IMG/VR virus record: IMGVR_UViG_3300047554_000255
Location: 1 to 64,000 of that record
Strand: one strand, 5' to 3'
DNA from: a virus
Length of the DNA stretch: 64,000 bases
A model generated the notes under the pieces. That model had not been told where the DNA came from. It searched no databases and saw only the letters and a list, made by a program, of their open reading frames with translations. Positions 17,888 through 26,768 of this stretch are shown here, one piece after another. The first letter of the stretch is position 1, and each line of letters opens with the position of its first letter. A program made the translations under genes and the position numbers.

Positions 17888-19199
17888 GCTTGGTACCAAT
17901 CATAAACATATAACTGTTAGGTCTAATGCTCTGCTCACTAAAAGCGAGTGTTAGACCACAGTTAAGTTTAAAACGTTTGGTTAGATTAAGATCAAAACTA
18001 GATCCTGTCATGGCGTTGAATGCTGGAGTTACAGTAACGCCTGTCTCTGATGCAACAACTGGAAAAGCTGAAGCTGTAATTGTTGGAGCTATTGATACTC
18101 TTTTACTAAGTACAATAGGCTTACTATAGAACATAAGCAAGCTACTACTTACTGTGTTCATTGCATAACTGATAGTCTCGTTTATACCAAAGATACCTTT
18201 ATTATTCTTTAAAGGTTTGATATAAGCAGCAGTAGCAAATGCTACATAGTTTCCTGATAAGTAAACTCCTGTAACACCATAGTTTGTTATATGAGATAAC
18301 TGACCTTTTGCAAAGTTCATCTTTGTATATCTACCAGATAAAGCAAACTGATTAAAGGTAGACCAGATCATACTGGTAACACCCCATGAGTCTGCTCCAG
18401 TCATTGAAGACTGAGACATACCAACTGATATTATTTGAGAAAAACTATTATCATCAGATAATAGAGAAGTAAGATCAGAGTTATATAAAATAGGATTAAC
18501 ACGGGCACTGGATTTGGCAGAGCTCTTACTGCTTTTCTTATCTTCGCTTTTTTTCTCTGACTTGGACTCACTTTTACTTTCTTCTTTGCTTTCTGACTTT
18601 GACTCATTACTTGATTCGCTTTTGGTTTCACTCTTTGTTTCAGAAGATGAGCTTGAACTACTACTTTCTGAAGAACTAGACGATGAACTAGATGATGATG
18701 AACTACTAGTACTTGTTGCACTTGGTGCTGGAGTACTACTTGCTGCAGAAGATGCAGCTGCGGATGCAGCAGAACTAGCTGTTGATGTAGCAGCTGATGT
18801 TGCAGAACTTGTTGCTGCACTAGTAGCAGCACTTGTCGCCGCAGATGTTGCAGCGGCAGTAGCAGCAGCGGTTGCACTTGCAGTTGCTTGATTAACTGCT
18901 GCACTAACTGCAGTATTAACTGTCTGCGTTACTACTTGATTTACTACTTGTTGTGTTTCAGGACATGGATATGCTGTTGTCAACATATTTAACCATGCTG
19001 TTAAAGCACCTGTAGTTATATCGTTTGCTGTAACTACTTTGTATTGACCTCTGTAAACAACAGTAACTGACCCACTTGCGATAGGTACAGTTACCGTTAA
19101 TACTTTTCCTGAACAAGGATCAACATATGTTTGTGACAACACTTGAGCATTACTCGTGTTCCACAATAATAACAAGATGATAATCCCTAACCATTTCAC
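17877..19199 (-). CDS. exported protein with Ala/Ser/Thr linker and probable C-terminal beta-barrel
   Basis: Signal peptide ending SNA-Q; poly-A/S/T and KSE repeats; alternating beta pattern ending FMIGTKLNL. Confidence 0.7.
   Translation of the reverse strand: MKWLGIIILLLLWNTSNAQVLSQTYVDPCSGKVLTVTVPIASGSVTVVYRGQYKVVTANDITTGALTAWLNMLTTAYPCPETQQVVNQVVTQTVNTAVSAAVNQATASATAAATAAATSAATSAATSAATSSATSAATSTASSAASAAASSAASSTPAPSATSTSSSSSSSSSSSSSESSSSSSSSETKSETKSESSNESKSESKEESKSESKSEKKSEDKKSSKSSAKSSARVNPILYNSDLTSLLSDDNSFSQIISVGMSQSSMTGADSWGVTSMIWSTFNQFALSGRYTKMNFAKGQLSHITNYGVTGVYLSGNYVAFATAAYIKPLKNNKGIFGINETISYAMNTVSSSLLMFYSKPIVLSKRVSIAPTITASAFPVVASETGVTVTPAFNAMTGSSFDLNLTKRFKLNCGLTLAFSEQSIRPNSYMFMIGTKLNL
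18520..18900 (-). repeat. low-complexity coding repeat (AATS / poly-Ser / KSES)
   Basis: Degenerate GCW/AGT/TCA codon repeats inside the 440-aa ORF. Confidence 0.8.
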
Positions 19200-19537
19200 T
19201 ACTTCGGTTCAATCTTTATAGTTGAATCAACAGAAACTTGAAAACGCTTTAACTTAAGCATCTCTTCTTGATAGTCCCATTTAGCTTCAAGAGCCTTAAT
19301 CTTTTGACGTGCTTTAATCTTTGTACGTACTTTAAGAATCTTACCCTCGATCTTTGAAAGCTTTACGTAACGCTTTGCAGGGTCAGTCTCTGTCAACTTA
19401 ACAATCTCCATCTGATGTTCTAGATTAGAGATACGTGTTTGATACATTGGTATCTTAGCACCTTCGTATATCTTATACGCAGGATAAATACTAGCAGCAA
19501 TAGCAATACTAGCAGCAATGATTAGTTTTTCTAACAT
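19199..19537 (-). CDS. membrane-anchored basic coiled-coil protein
   Basis: N-terminal TM segment, Lys-rich helical C-terminal region. Confidence 0.65.
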   Translation of the reverse strand: MLEKLIIAASIAIAASIYPAYKIYEGAKIPMYQTRISNLEHQMEIVKLTETDPAKRYVKLSKIEGKILKVRTKIKARQKIKALEAKWDYQEEMLKLKRFQVSVDSTIKIEPK

Positions 19538-19544
19538 GGTTGGT

Positions 19545-20276
19545 TTATTTAGTGAAAATCTTTTTCTTAATCATCCGTACCACAATCTTACTAGCAGCGT
19601 TTTCAAGCGCTTTCTTAGTCGTTGTACCAATCGTGGATTGATTAAACTTAATATCAGCAAAGTTAGCATCGTTCATTAGTGTTGCTTCCCTAACAGTCTT
19701 AGCTTCCCCCATTCCTGAGCCTGTAAAATACTCTCCCGTCTCAGCGTTAACAAACTTAACCTGTAAACCCATGCGAGTTACAACTGTCTGTTTTACACCG
19801 TCTTTCAAAGATAATGATTCATCTTCAGAAACCGAAAAATCATAGACCTCAATATAAACAAAATACTGAGCAAGCTTAATCTTACCTCTACCATCTAACT
19901 TATTTTCTGTGATACCAGACTGTGAAGCTTGAAACTGCTTTACCATTCTGTTCTTGATCTCAGCTTTATCTTCAGTAAAAGTAAAACGGTTTGTCTCTTC
20001 AAGGTATTCAACAACAATATTTGTAACACCAAGACCAACACGTTTATCTTTTAACTCAGGATAAGCAGCATAAACATCTTCGTTTATACCTAAAGATAGT
20101 AACTGTATAGGAATCTTTGGACCTTCATAGTCCATTAAAGAATCTATGTTTATCTTCTTCTCAAAAGATGCAGTATAAGACTCTGTTCTTGTTGCTGCTA
20201 TCTGTGCTTGAGTCTTATGACTGGAAGCTAGAAAGAAGATAAAACAAGCACTTAAGAATACGCTTAACTTTTTCAT
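19545..20276 (-). CDS. CsgG/HfaB-family protein
   Basis: Signal peptide (AQ); GLGVTNIVVEYLEETNRF; GKIKLAQYFVYIEVYDF; LQVKFVNAETGE. Confidence 0.75.
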   Translation of the reverse strand: MKKLSVFLSACFIFFLASSHKTQAQIAATRTESYTASFEKKINIDSLMDYEGPKIPIQLLSLGINEDVYAAYPELKDKRVGLGVTNIVVEYLEETNRFTFTEDKAEIKNRMVKQFQASQSGITENKLDGRGKIKLAQYFVYIEVYDFSVSEDESLSLKDGVKQTVVTRMGLQVKFVNAETGEYFTGSGMGEAKTVREATLMNDANFADIKFNQSTIGTTTKKALENAASKIVVRMIKKKIFTK

Positions 20277-20821
20277 ACAGTTTCTTCATTGTCTTTTATT
20301 TTACCGCACTTAACACACTCTTCATCACCGTCATTGTCAACATCGTCCCATACGTGTTCACATTGTCTGTGTGCAAAGTATACATCGATCTTACCATCAC
20401 CGTCAAAGTCAATACCATCCATGGTACCATCACCATCTTCATCAACCTCAATACCAATACGAGGTTCTGCTTTTGGTTTATCGACTTCAACTGGTGAAGA
20501 AACAGGAGCTGCAGGCATATCTGAAGTATTAGATAAGCTTACACCGTCCTCCTCATCCATCTTTTGGACTAGCATCTTGTCTTTGTCTGTATCAGAAAAC
20601 CAATAGTCAATGATCTTACCGTAAGAACCAATAAATGCACCAAGTAATAAGAGTAATAACTCTTTCCACTCACCAGCAATAGCAGTATTCTGAGCAATAG
20701 CTAAGAAAATACCGCCAATAATAATCATAAAACCTCCAAGAACGATAGCTGTTATCAACCAACGTCTTGTCATCATTTGATTTAACAGGTCTTTAAACCC
20801 TGTGCTTGTACTTTGTTCCAT
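20273..20821 (-). CDS. two-TM membrane protein with DxDxDG Ca-binding repeats
   Basis: Two TM helices; DEDGDG, DFDGDG, DVDNDG; CEH...CVKC. Confidence 0.7.
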   Translation of the reverse strand: MEQSTSTGFKDLLNQMMTRRWLITAIVLGGFMIIIGGIFLAIAQNTAIAGEWKELLLLLLGAFIGSYGKIIDYWFSDTDKDKMLVQKMDEEDGVSLSNTSDMPAAPVSSPVEVDKPKAEPRIGIEVDEDGDGTMDGIDFDGDGKIDVYFAHRQCEHVWDDVDNDGDEECVKCGKIKDNEETV

Positions 20822-20825
20822 GATA

Positions 20826-21137
20826 TTACCACTTAGGAGCTTCTTCTAACTCTTCCTTTGCTGTCTTAGGCTTAGGTTTTGGAGCTGGAGCTGCTTGTGC
20901 CGCAGGAGCTGCAGTCTTGTTAACAATAATAGTTTTAGCTACAGGTGCTGGAGCAGCTGCCGCTTGATTGATATTAATAACAGGAGCTGCTGCAGTTGTT
21001 GCTGCTGGAGCTGGTTCATCACCTTCACCTGTTAATTGTTTTGTAACGTAACCACCAACACCTAGTGCGATAGTACTTGCTAATCCGATTAAGATGCTCT
21101 TTAATGAGCCTCCTGTGCTTTCTGCTTCTTCTGACAT
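20826..21137 (-). CDS. membrane-anchored Pro/Ala-rich protein
   Basis: Single TM followed by a PAPAA-rich tail. Confidence 0.65.
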   Translation of the reverse strand: MSEEAESTGGSLKSILIGLASTIALGVGGYVTKQLTGEGDEPAPAATTAAAPVININQAAAAPAPVAKTIIVNKTAAPAAQAAPAPKPKPKTAKEELEEAPKW

Positions 21138-21142
21138 GTTGT

Positions 21143-21505
21143 TTATCGTTTAATAACTAAAGGTTTTCTAATAGATGTACCAGACACATCTGTTAATGTT
21201 AAGTCATATAACCCGTCTGGCAGGTCACTAAAATCATAGATCTTTGTTGTAATCTCAGTCTCTGCTGTTAATGGTAAAGACTTTACAGGTTCAATAGCAG
21301 CAAAAGAGTAAACCTGAACAGAGTATTTAGCTCCAGGTGTTACTGCAAATAAAGCTGTAACCTTACCTCCAATAGATGTAGCACTTAATATTTCTGTTGA
21401 AGTAGCTTTTACACCTAGATTTATTGGAGCATCCTCAAGTTTTTCTAGATCAGAGCATGCAAACACAAAAGTGATAAGCAATAATAACAATAATGTATTC
21501 TTCAT
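21143..21505 (-). CDS. lipoprotein with T9SS CTD-like Ig domain
   Basis: Lipobox FVFA-C; C-terminus DFSDLPDGLYDLTL...IRKPLVIKR. Confidence 0.65.
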   Translation of the reverse strand: MKNTLLLLLLITFVFACSDLEKLEDAPINLGVKATSTEILSATSIGGKVTALFAVTPGAKYSVQVYSFAAIEPVKSLPLTAETEITTKIYDFSDLPDGLYDLTLTDVSGTSIRKPLVIKR

Positions 21506-21517
21506 AGTGGTTAGATA

Positions 21518-23293
21518 TTAAAAGTTGTTGTATCCAGTAAGTTTAATAGTGTCTGAGTTAAGTGTAATGCCTAACTGAGCACCTGTACTTGATGCAGCAT
21601 CCATTACTGGACTTACTTTAATCAAGGTATTCATATCTAAACCGTTTGTTATTGCACTGAACTTAAGCTTAAACGGTACTAGTTCTCCTGTAACAGATGA
21701 GTTAAGAGCTTTGTCTAATGCACCAAAACGAATAACACCAGGCTTAGTATTATCAGCAAAAGCATACCATGTGTTTGGCATCTGGTTCATGATCTCTTCA
21801 AACTTAATAGAAGCAGGATTATATCTAAACTCAAACTGTAAGCCTGATAACTTATTACCGTTTGTATTAACCTTGATAGGTATCTCGATTGTATTAGATG
21901 TTAGAGTCTGATTAGCTAAGCTTACTGAAATATTTGAAGCTGCAACTGTTCTGTTTAACGTCTTGTTTGCTGTTGAGTTAGTCTTTAATGATACAGCAGC
22001 GTTCGTTGCAATAGCTCCGTTAATAACTATCTGAGATGAATGTGAACGGTTTATATCACCAGGGATTAAGAACTTAAGCTTTAAAGGTTTATTCTGTCCT
22101 ATAAGACCAGTCTTGAAAGTAACATAACTGTTTGTAATATCTTTCCAGTTTGCTGGTGTTAATGCATTAAAAGTACTATCAGTAAATGTTGGAACTGAAG
22201 CATACATATCTGTTCCTGCAACGTAGTTTGATGGTAAAGTAAACAACTTATCAACGCCAATTACTTGCGAGTATAACTTTGTTAAGTCACCACCATCAAA
22301 AGTTTTAGAGCGATTAACATCAGCAGCTAAGTAACCAGCTCCTGTAATAATAGATTCACCTTTATAAGTACCGTCTAAGTTCTGTTGTACAAACTCAGCT
22401 TGAGCTGTAGTATAATCAGATACTGTAACAGCAGCCGCATACAAGTTATGAATGCTATCCATGTTTAGCATCATCATTACTCGATACTCTGTGTTAGGTT
22501 CTAGTCTTGATTGATCGATGTTTATTGCACCAGCTGCAGTAGCATCAGCAATAATACCAGTATTTGTTGTTGGATTCAAAAACAATACTCGATGTAAACT
22601 AAAGTTATCAATATTAGGATTCGTCTCTATAGTTGCATTAACATACTTAGTAGCTGTAGGATCAAGATAGATAACACTTGTTAAAGGTATTGTCATCTCA
22701 GTTGAACCTGATGTACCGTCTTGATTAAACGCAGCCGCAAAGTTCATCTTGATTGGATCCCATGCATACCCAGGAGCTGTAGTCTTTAACTTAAACTTAA
22801 GACGAATCAAATCATCCCAGCCTCCAGCATATGGCATACCATTAGGAGTAGCCCAGTTTAAATAGACCCTAAGAATAGTTTTAGGTCCACCAGCCGTAAA
22901 AGTATAAGCAGCACGATTATAGTTAATATTACCGTCTGCAGTGGTATTCTGTTGCGAAGATGTCCACGTATAACCAGGATAAGTGTACCAGTCCATAGTA
23001 ATACTAGAGCCGTAAGGAAGTATCCCACCGTTTCCACCTGTTCCCGTATTTGTAACAGTAACAAGCTCAAACGCTGTGTTTTGGTACTCAAAATCGAAAT
23101 AAAGCGATCTAGCTGTTGTATTGCCATTACCATCTGCTTTTACTGATACTATAAACTCATCTCCTTTATTGATAACTGCACCGTTAACATTAACTGTTGT
23201 TGAGTCATCTTGCAGTCTTAACTTAATGTTGTTCTGACTATAGGCTGTACTATAAAAAGATAGTAAAAGGACTATATAAAAAAGTTTTTTCAT
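21518..23293 (-). CDS. exported cohesin/dockerin-like domain protein
   Basis: Signal peptide; KGDEFIVSV...FDFEY and IEIPIKV...SGLQFEFRYNP cohesin-like strands; AADVNRSKTFDGGDL and GDINRS dockerin-like motifs. Confidence 0.7.
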   Translation of the reverse strand: MKKLFYIVLLLSFYSTAYSQNNIKLRLQDDSTTVNVNGAVINKGDEFIVSVKADGNGNTTARSLYFDFEYQNTAFELVTVTNTGTGGNGGILPYGSSITMDWYTYPGYTWTSSQQNTTADGNINYNRAAYTFTAGGPKTILRVYLNWATPNGMPYAGGWDDLIRLKFKLKTTAPGYAWDPIKMNFAAAFNQDGTSGSTEMTIPLTSVIYLDPTATKYVNATIETNPNIDNFSLHRVLFLNPTTNTGIIADATAAGAINIDQSRLEPNTEYRVMMMLNMDSIHNLYAAAVTVSDYTTAQAEFVQQNLDGTYKGESIITGAGYLAADVNRSKTFDGGDLTKLYSQVIGVDKLFTLPSNYVAGTDMYASVPTFTDSTFNALTPANWKDITNSYVTFKTGLIGQNKPLKLKFLIPGDINRSHSSQIVINGAIATNAAVSLKTNSTANKTLNRTVAASNISVSLANQTLTSNTIEIPIKVNTNGNKLSGLQFEFRYNPASIKFEEIMNQMPNTWYAFADNTKPGVIRFGALDKALNSSVTGELVPFKLKFSAITNGLDMNTLIKVSPVMDAASSTGAQLGITLNSDTIKLTGYNNF

Positions 23294-23826
23294 TATAATA
23301 GTTTTGTGATTAGTGTGTTACAAGATTTTTTTAGGGCTGATGATAGATTAGTTTGGTTAAACTTACCACCTTCATCTATAACTACTGCAGCCATTGATAC
23401 TTCCTCAGCAGACTCTTCAACTATAACTGTCTTCTTTACTTTACCATCTTCAATCAACTTACCTCTCATTCGTATAACCACAGCATCTGTATTTTTATGG
23501 AACACTGATAGGTTAGACTGAGTCTTTAATACATCAAGATAGACAATCTCAATCTCTATCTTCTTTGTAGCATATGGATTGATTACGTAGTCTTTCTCTT
23601 GTAAGAACTCTTCCATGATATTCTTAACACCAAAAGCAAGATTACGATTACCAGCTAGATTACCCATAACAATCTTATTCTCAACAGAAGAAACGTTTAT
23701 GCTTTCTCCTGGTCCTATAAGATTTACAATGTTCTGAGGAGCAAAAAAGTGTGAGTATATAAAGTAACTCTGTATCGATAATGCAGATGCTACAATACTC
23801 CAAACAACAAACAATAATGCTTTCAT
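23293..23826 (-). CDS. CsgG-like paralogue, N-terminally anchored
   Basis: LAFGVKNIMEEFLQE and KFNQTNLSSALKK align with segments of the 19545-20276 protein. Confidence 0.6.
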   Translation of the reverse strand: MKALLFVVWSIVASALSIQSYFIYSHFFAPQNIVNLIGPGESINVSSVENKIVMGNLAGNRNLAFGVKNIMEEFLQEKDYVINPYATKKIEIEIVYLDVLKTQSNLSVFHKNTDAVVIRMRGKLIEDGKVKKTVIVEESAEEVSMAAVVIDEGGKFNQTNLSSALKKSCNTLITKLL

Positions 23827-23858
23827 ATACTTATGGTTTATACATGGAAAAAGAGCGA

Positions 23859-23990
23859 TTAACGCCCTTGCCCAGCATACCTTTTCTTGACTGCTTTTGC
23901 TTTTGGTCCTGCAGTCTTTGCATGTTTTCCTTTACGTCTAGTGCCGAAGACAATCTTCTTTGCTTCAGCAGATCCTTTTGCTTTTGCCAT
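23859..23990 (-). CDS. 43-aa highly basic protein (MAKAKGSAEAKK...KKRYAGQGR)
   Basis: Translated by hand; fills the gap below the endolysin; not in the ORF track. Confidence 0.7.
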   Translation of the reverse strand: MAKAKGSAEAKKIVFGTRRKGKHAKTAGPKAKAVKKRYAGQGR

Positions 23991-23996
23991 GGTTTG

Positions 23997-24833
23997 TTAT
24001 GATAATAAGTGGTAGTATTCTTTGAAATGCTTAATACGATCTGCTAAGCCTATTGTACCGCCGTTAACTCTTTTAGTTACGGCTGTTACTGTTGCTGTAT
24101 CAGCTCCTTTATCACAGATAGCCCATAACTTATTGCTATTAAAGAAGAATGCTGCAGATGCTAGTGCATACTTTGTAGCTACAAGATCTGGATTAGCAAC
24201 AATGTTTTCTGGAACTGTAGCATCAAAACGTGTATAGTTCTCTTTACCAGTCAACTGAATGTAACCACGACCACGAAACTTGTATCCATCACCAGATGCT
24301 TCAGGACCATTCCCCATACGAGATGCATAAACTCTATTAGCAATCTTTTGTGGTTGTCTCTGATAAGCATTAGCTAAAGCATCAGTTGGAAAATACTTTT
24401 TGAATATACCTCTAAGACCTTTTGCTGAGTAGTTAAGATTTTCTTGTGTTGCTTTAAAGCCACCAGACTCATGACCACACTGAGCTAAGAAATGAGCTAA
24501 GCGTAATGGTGTAGTAATATTAAATAAACGAGCTGTATCTGGAATAGCTGCAATAACAGCATCAGGTACATGTCCTTTTAATCGATCTAGTTTGAAGCTG
24601 GAAGTTGCAGCAGGGGGTGTTGTAACTTGGGTGACAGGTGCTTGTGTTTGAGATGGAAACATCTTAGCCCAAGTACCATCACCAACAATACCATCAGCAG
24701 TAAGACCATGAGCAGCTTGCCATGCTTTTACAGCAGCATCTGTCTTTGGTCCAAACTTACCAACGATATCAACACCTAAAAACTGCTGGAGCTTCTTTAC
24801 ATCTTCTCCCTCAGATCCTAGTCTTAATAACAT
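23997..24833 (-). CDS. endolysin: peptidoglycan-binding domain + glycoside hydrolase family 19
   Basis: LRLGSEGEDVKKLQ...ADGIVG PG-binding domain; HFLAQCGHESGGF; FRGRGYIQLTG; TKRVNGG. Confidence 0.93.
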   Translation of the reverse strand: MLLRLGSEGEDVKKLQQFLGVDIVGKFGPKTDAAVKAWQAAHGLTADGIVGDGTWAKMFPSQTQAPVTQVTTPPAATSSFKLDRLKGHVPDAVIAAIPDTARLFNITTPLRLAHFLAQCGHESGGFKATQENLNYSAKGLRGIFKKYFPTDALANAYQRQPQKIANRVYASRMGNGPEASGDGYKFRGRGYIQLTGKENYTRFDATVPENIVANPDLVATKYALASAAFFFNSNKLWAICDKGADTATVTAVTKRVNGGTIGLADRIKHFKEYYHLLS

Positions 24834-24857
24834 ATTATATAGTGGTTAGGTGATTTA

Positions 24858-25046
24858 CTACTTCTTCTTACGTTTGTAGTAGCGTTTCTTTGGCTTAGCT
24901 ACTGCTTCTTCAGCAATTTGCTCAGCAACTGAATCAGATATCTCGACGATCTCTTCTTTTACAGCTTCTACAATAGGTTGGACTTCTTCTAAGATAGTCT
25001 TCTTGGGGCTTGTGAATAGTCCCTTAATGAATGATAAGATACTCAT
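24858..25046 (-). CDS. hypothetical protein
   Basis: 62 aa; amphipathic N-terminus and basic tail. Confidence 0.6.
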   Translation of the reverse strand: MSILSFIKGLFTSPKKTILEEVQPIVEAVKEEIVEISDSVAEQIAEEAVAKPKKRYYKRKKK

Positions 25047-25062
25047 GGTTTATTTGTTTAGG

Positions 25063-25680
25063 TTAATTCTTTCCGATCTTAAAGTACGTCTGTATGCCAA
25101 AAGACGTTGTACCATCCGTGGCAATGTTAACTTTCGCACCATATATTTGATCCTTCTTCGTCTTGTATAGTATACCGCCTTCAGCACTTCGGACGTTACC
25201 CCCGCTAGTAAGGTTAACACCACCACCAACATAGACTTGTCGTTTAGGATCATCGTATTTAGTAATTGTTTTGGTTTCTTTTACAACAGGAATCTTATAG
25301 TTTTCTCTAAAGCTACGCCCAACAATCTTGTTTTCAGTAACTGTATCAACTATACGTATATGACCATACTGACCAACATGAACGCTGTCTGTATAAATCT
25401 TTCTTGAAGCAAAGCGTTTAGCTAAGTCTTCATACTGCTGCTTTAGTTTGGGATAAGCTGTATCAGCTTTATACTCAGTGTTTAATACCTCAAATGGTAC
25501 TGGAACCTCGTATGGGGCAGGAACTTCTCTAACGATAAGACTATCGTGTTTAGTCCAGAATGTGTCAGTAACAACAAGAGTATCAGGTTGTCTACTATTT
25601 GAGTGACCTATACATCCTCGCTGGGTCAGAACTACAAAAAACGCTATAATAATAATAGCGACGGTAACTATATTCTTCAT
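25063..25680 (-). CDS. membrane-anchored lysis-region protein (spanin-like candidate)
   Basis: N-terminal TM, DT-rich segment, beta-rich C-terminus; next to endolysin and holin candidates. Confidence 0.55.
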   Translation of the reverse strand: MKNIVTVAIIIIAFFVVLTQRGCIGHSNSRQPDTLVVTDTFWTKHDSLIVREVPAPYEVPVPFEVLNTEYKADTAYPKLKQQYEDLAKRFASRKIYTDSVHVGQYGHIRIVDTVTENKIVGRSFRENYKIPVVKETKTITKYDDPKRQVYVGGGVNLTSGGNVRSAEGGILYKTKKDQIYGAKVNIATDGTTSFGIQTYFKIGKN

Positions 25681-25967
25681 TATCCTTCCATGTGAACATC
25701 TTCCTCTTTGTTTGAGTCTTTTGTTTTCTTACCCATGATGTTTTCAGCACCAGAGATACCAAATGAACCTAATGTAATAATAGCAAAAGCGTTAAAGATG
25801 TAGTCGTTTATAACTAACTCTTGTCCTAGATATCCTGTAACTAAGTCTACAGTCATTGCGAGTACCATTACAGCAAAAGACATAAAACCAACTACTGACT
25901 TTTCATTCCAGTCGTTGTTGTCTTTAAATATCGTCCAAAAGCTTGTTGATTCGTTTGATTTCTTCAT
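25680..25967 (-). CDS. holin-like two-TM protein
   Basis: 95 aa, two TM helices, charged C-terminus, lysis context. Confidence 0.6.
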   Translation of the reverse strand: MKKSNESTSFWTIFKDNNDWNEKSVVGFMSFAVMVLAMTVDLVTGYLGQELVINDYIFNAFAIITLGSFGISGAENIMGKKTKDSNKEEDVHMEG

Positions 25968-26250
25968 CGTGGTCAGGTTTAATAGCTACCATCTCATGAT
26001 AGAATACCTGAGATGGTAACTTGTTTGGTGGGTGTGGTATACGTATTGATACCAAATGTTGTTTGTTTGTATATACTGCTCGTTCTAAGTTATCTATTCG
26101 TGTCTTATCTATATTTGACTGAGCCATTAATGCTTTGACATCTGATTTAATCTCAGAGACGTCTTGCCAGATCATCATACCAAGGATAGAAACTAAACCT
26201 GGAAAGATCCAGTTTTTAAAAGCTTGAAAAGAATCGTTACGAGGAGCCAT
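25924..26250 (-). CDS. single-TM coiled-coil protein (holin/antiholin candidate)
   Basis: WIFPGLVSILGMMIW TM, then EIKSDVKAL...RIDNLE coiled coil. Confidence 0.55.
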   Translation of the reverse strand: MAPRNDSFQAFKNWIFPGLVSILGMMIWQDVSEIKSDVKALMAQSNIDKTRIDNLERAVYTNKQHLVSIRIPHPPNKLPSQVFYHEMVAIKPDHDEEIKRINKLLDDI

Positions 26251-26261
26251 TATTTATCGTA

Positions 26262-26516
26262 TTATACTGAGTGCAAATCAATAACCTTAGCTAAATCTTG
26301 TGAAGCAAGGCTAATAAAAAGACTGTTAGGTAAGATACTACCTTTCTTATCTTTACGTACATAGTACTTGATCTTTTGTGGATGGTTCCCTAAAGCCATA
26401 TCTGACTTAATCTCAATCAAGTTCTTTTGATTAGGTACTGAAGCACCACTCATCATAGTTCCTACTATAGGAAACCCGAGAGCATCTTTTTGTGCATAAA
26501 ACTTTTTAGCCATCAC
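26262..26516 (-). CDS. small protein, paralogue of 27463-27780
   Basis: YAQKDALGFPIVGTMM motif. Confidence 0.7.
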   Translation of the reverse strand: MMAKKFYAQKDALGFPIVGTMMSGASVPNQKNLIEIKSDMALGNHPQKIKYYVRKDKKGSILPNSLFISLASQDLAKVIDLHSV

Positions 26517-26537
26517 TTAAGAAGTTACTAGTATTGA

Positions 26538-26750
26538 TTACTGAAGCTCTACAGGAATACTTAATCCTAAACGAGCAATCTCTGCCAAGCATTCAGCTTC
26601 TGTAGTAGCAACAAATAACTCGTTATCTTCACCAGTTGCAAGAACGCATGCTTGTTCTTTTAAAACAAGTACAGTTGTTCCATTATGAACTAATCTCCAT
26701 GAAGGAGCTGTAGTTGTTTTTACGTTATTTTGATCAGCTTGAATATACAT
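26538..26750 (-). CDS. hypothetical protein (possible tail-fibre accessory)
   Basis: 70 aa, directly downstream of the fibre-like gene. Confidence 0.55.
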   Translation of the reverse strand: MYIQADQNNVKTTTAPSWRLVHNGTTVLVLKEQACVLATGEDNELFVATTEAECLAEIARLGLSIPVELQ

Positions 26751-26768
26751 GATATATAGTTTTATATG

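Noticed and set aside
18431-18904. Alternative-frame ORFs (157 aa on -, 125 aa on +) over the low-complexity region
   Set aside because: Shadows of the Ala/Ser codon repeats of the 440-aa gene
19545-20276. Complete curli (csg) operon
   Set aside because: No CsgA/CsgB-type amyloid repeats or CsgE/CsgF recognisable; only CsgG-like folds
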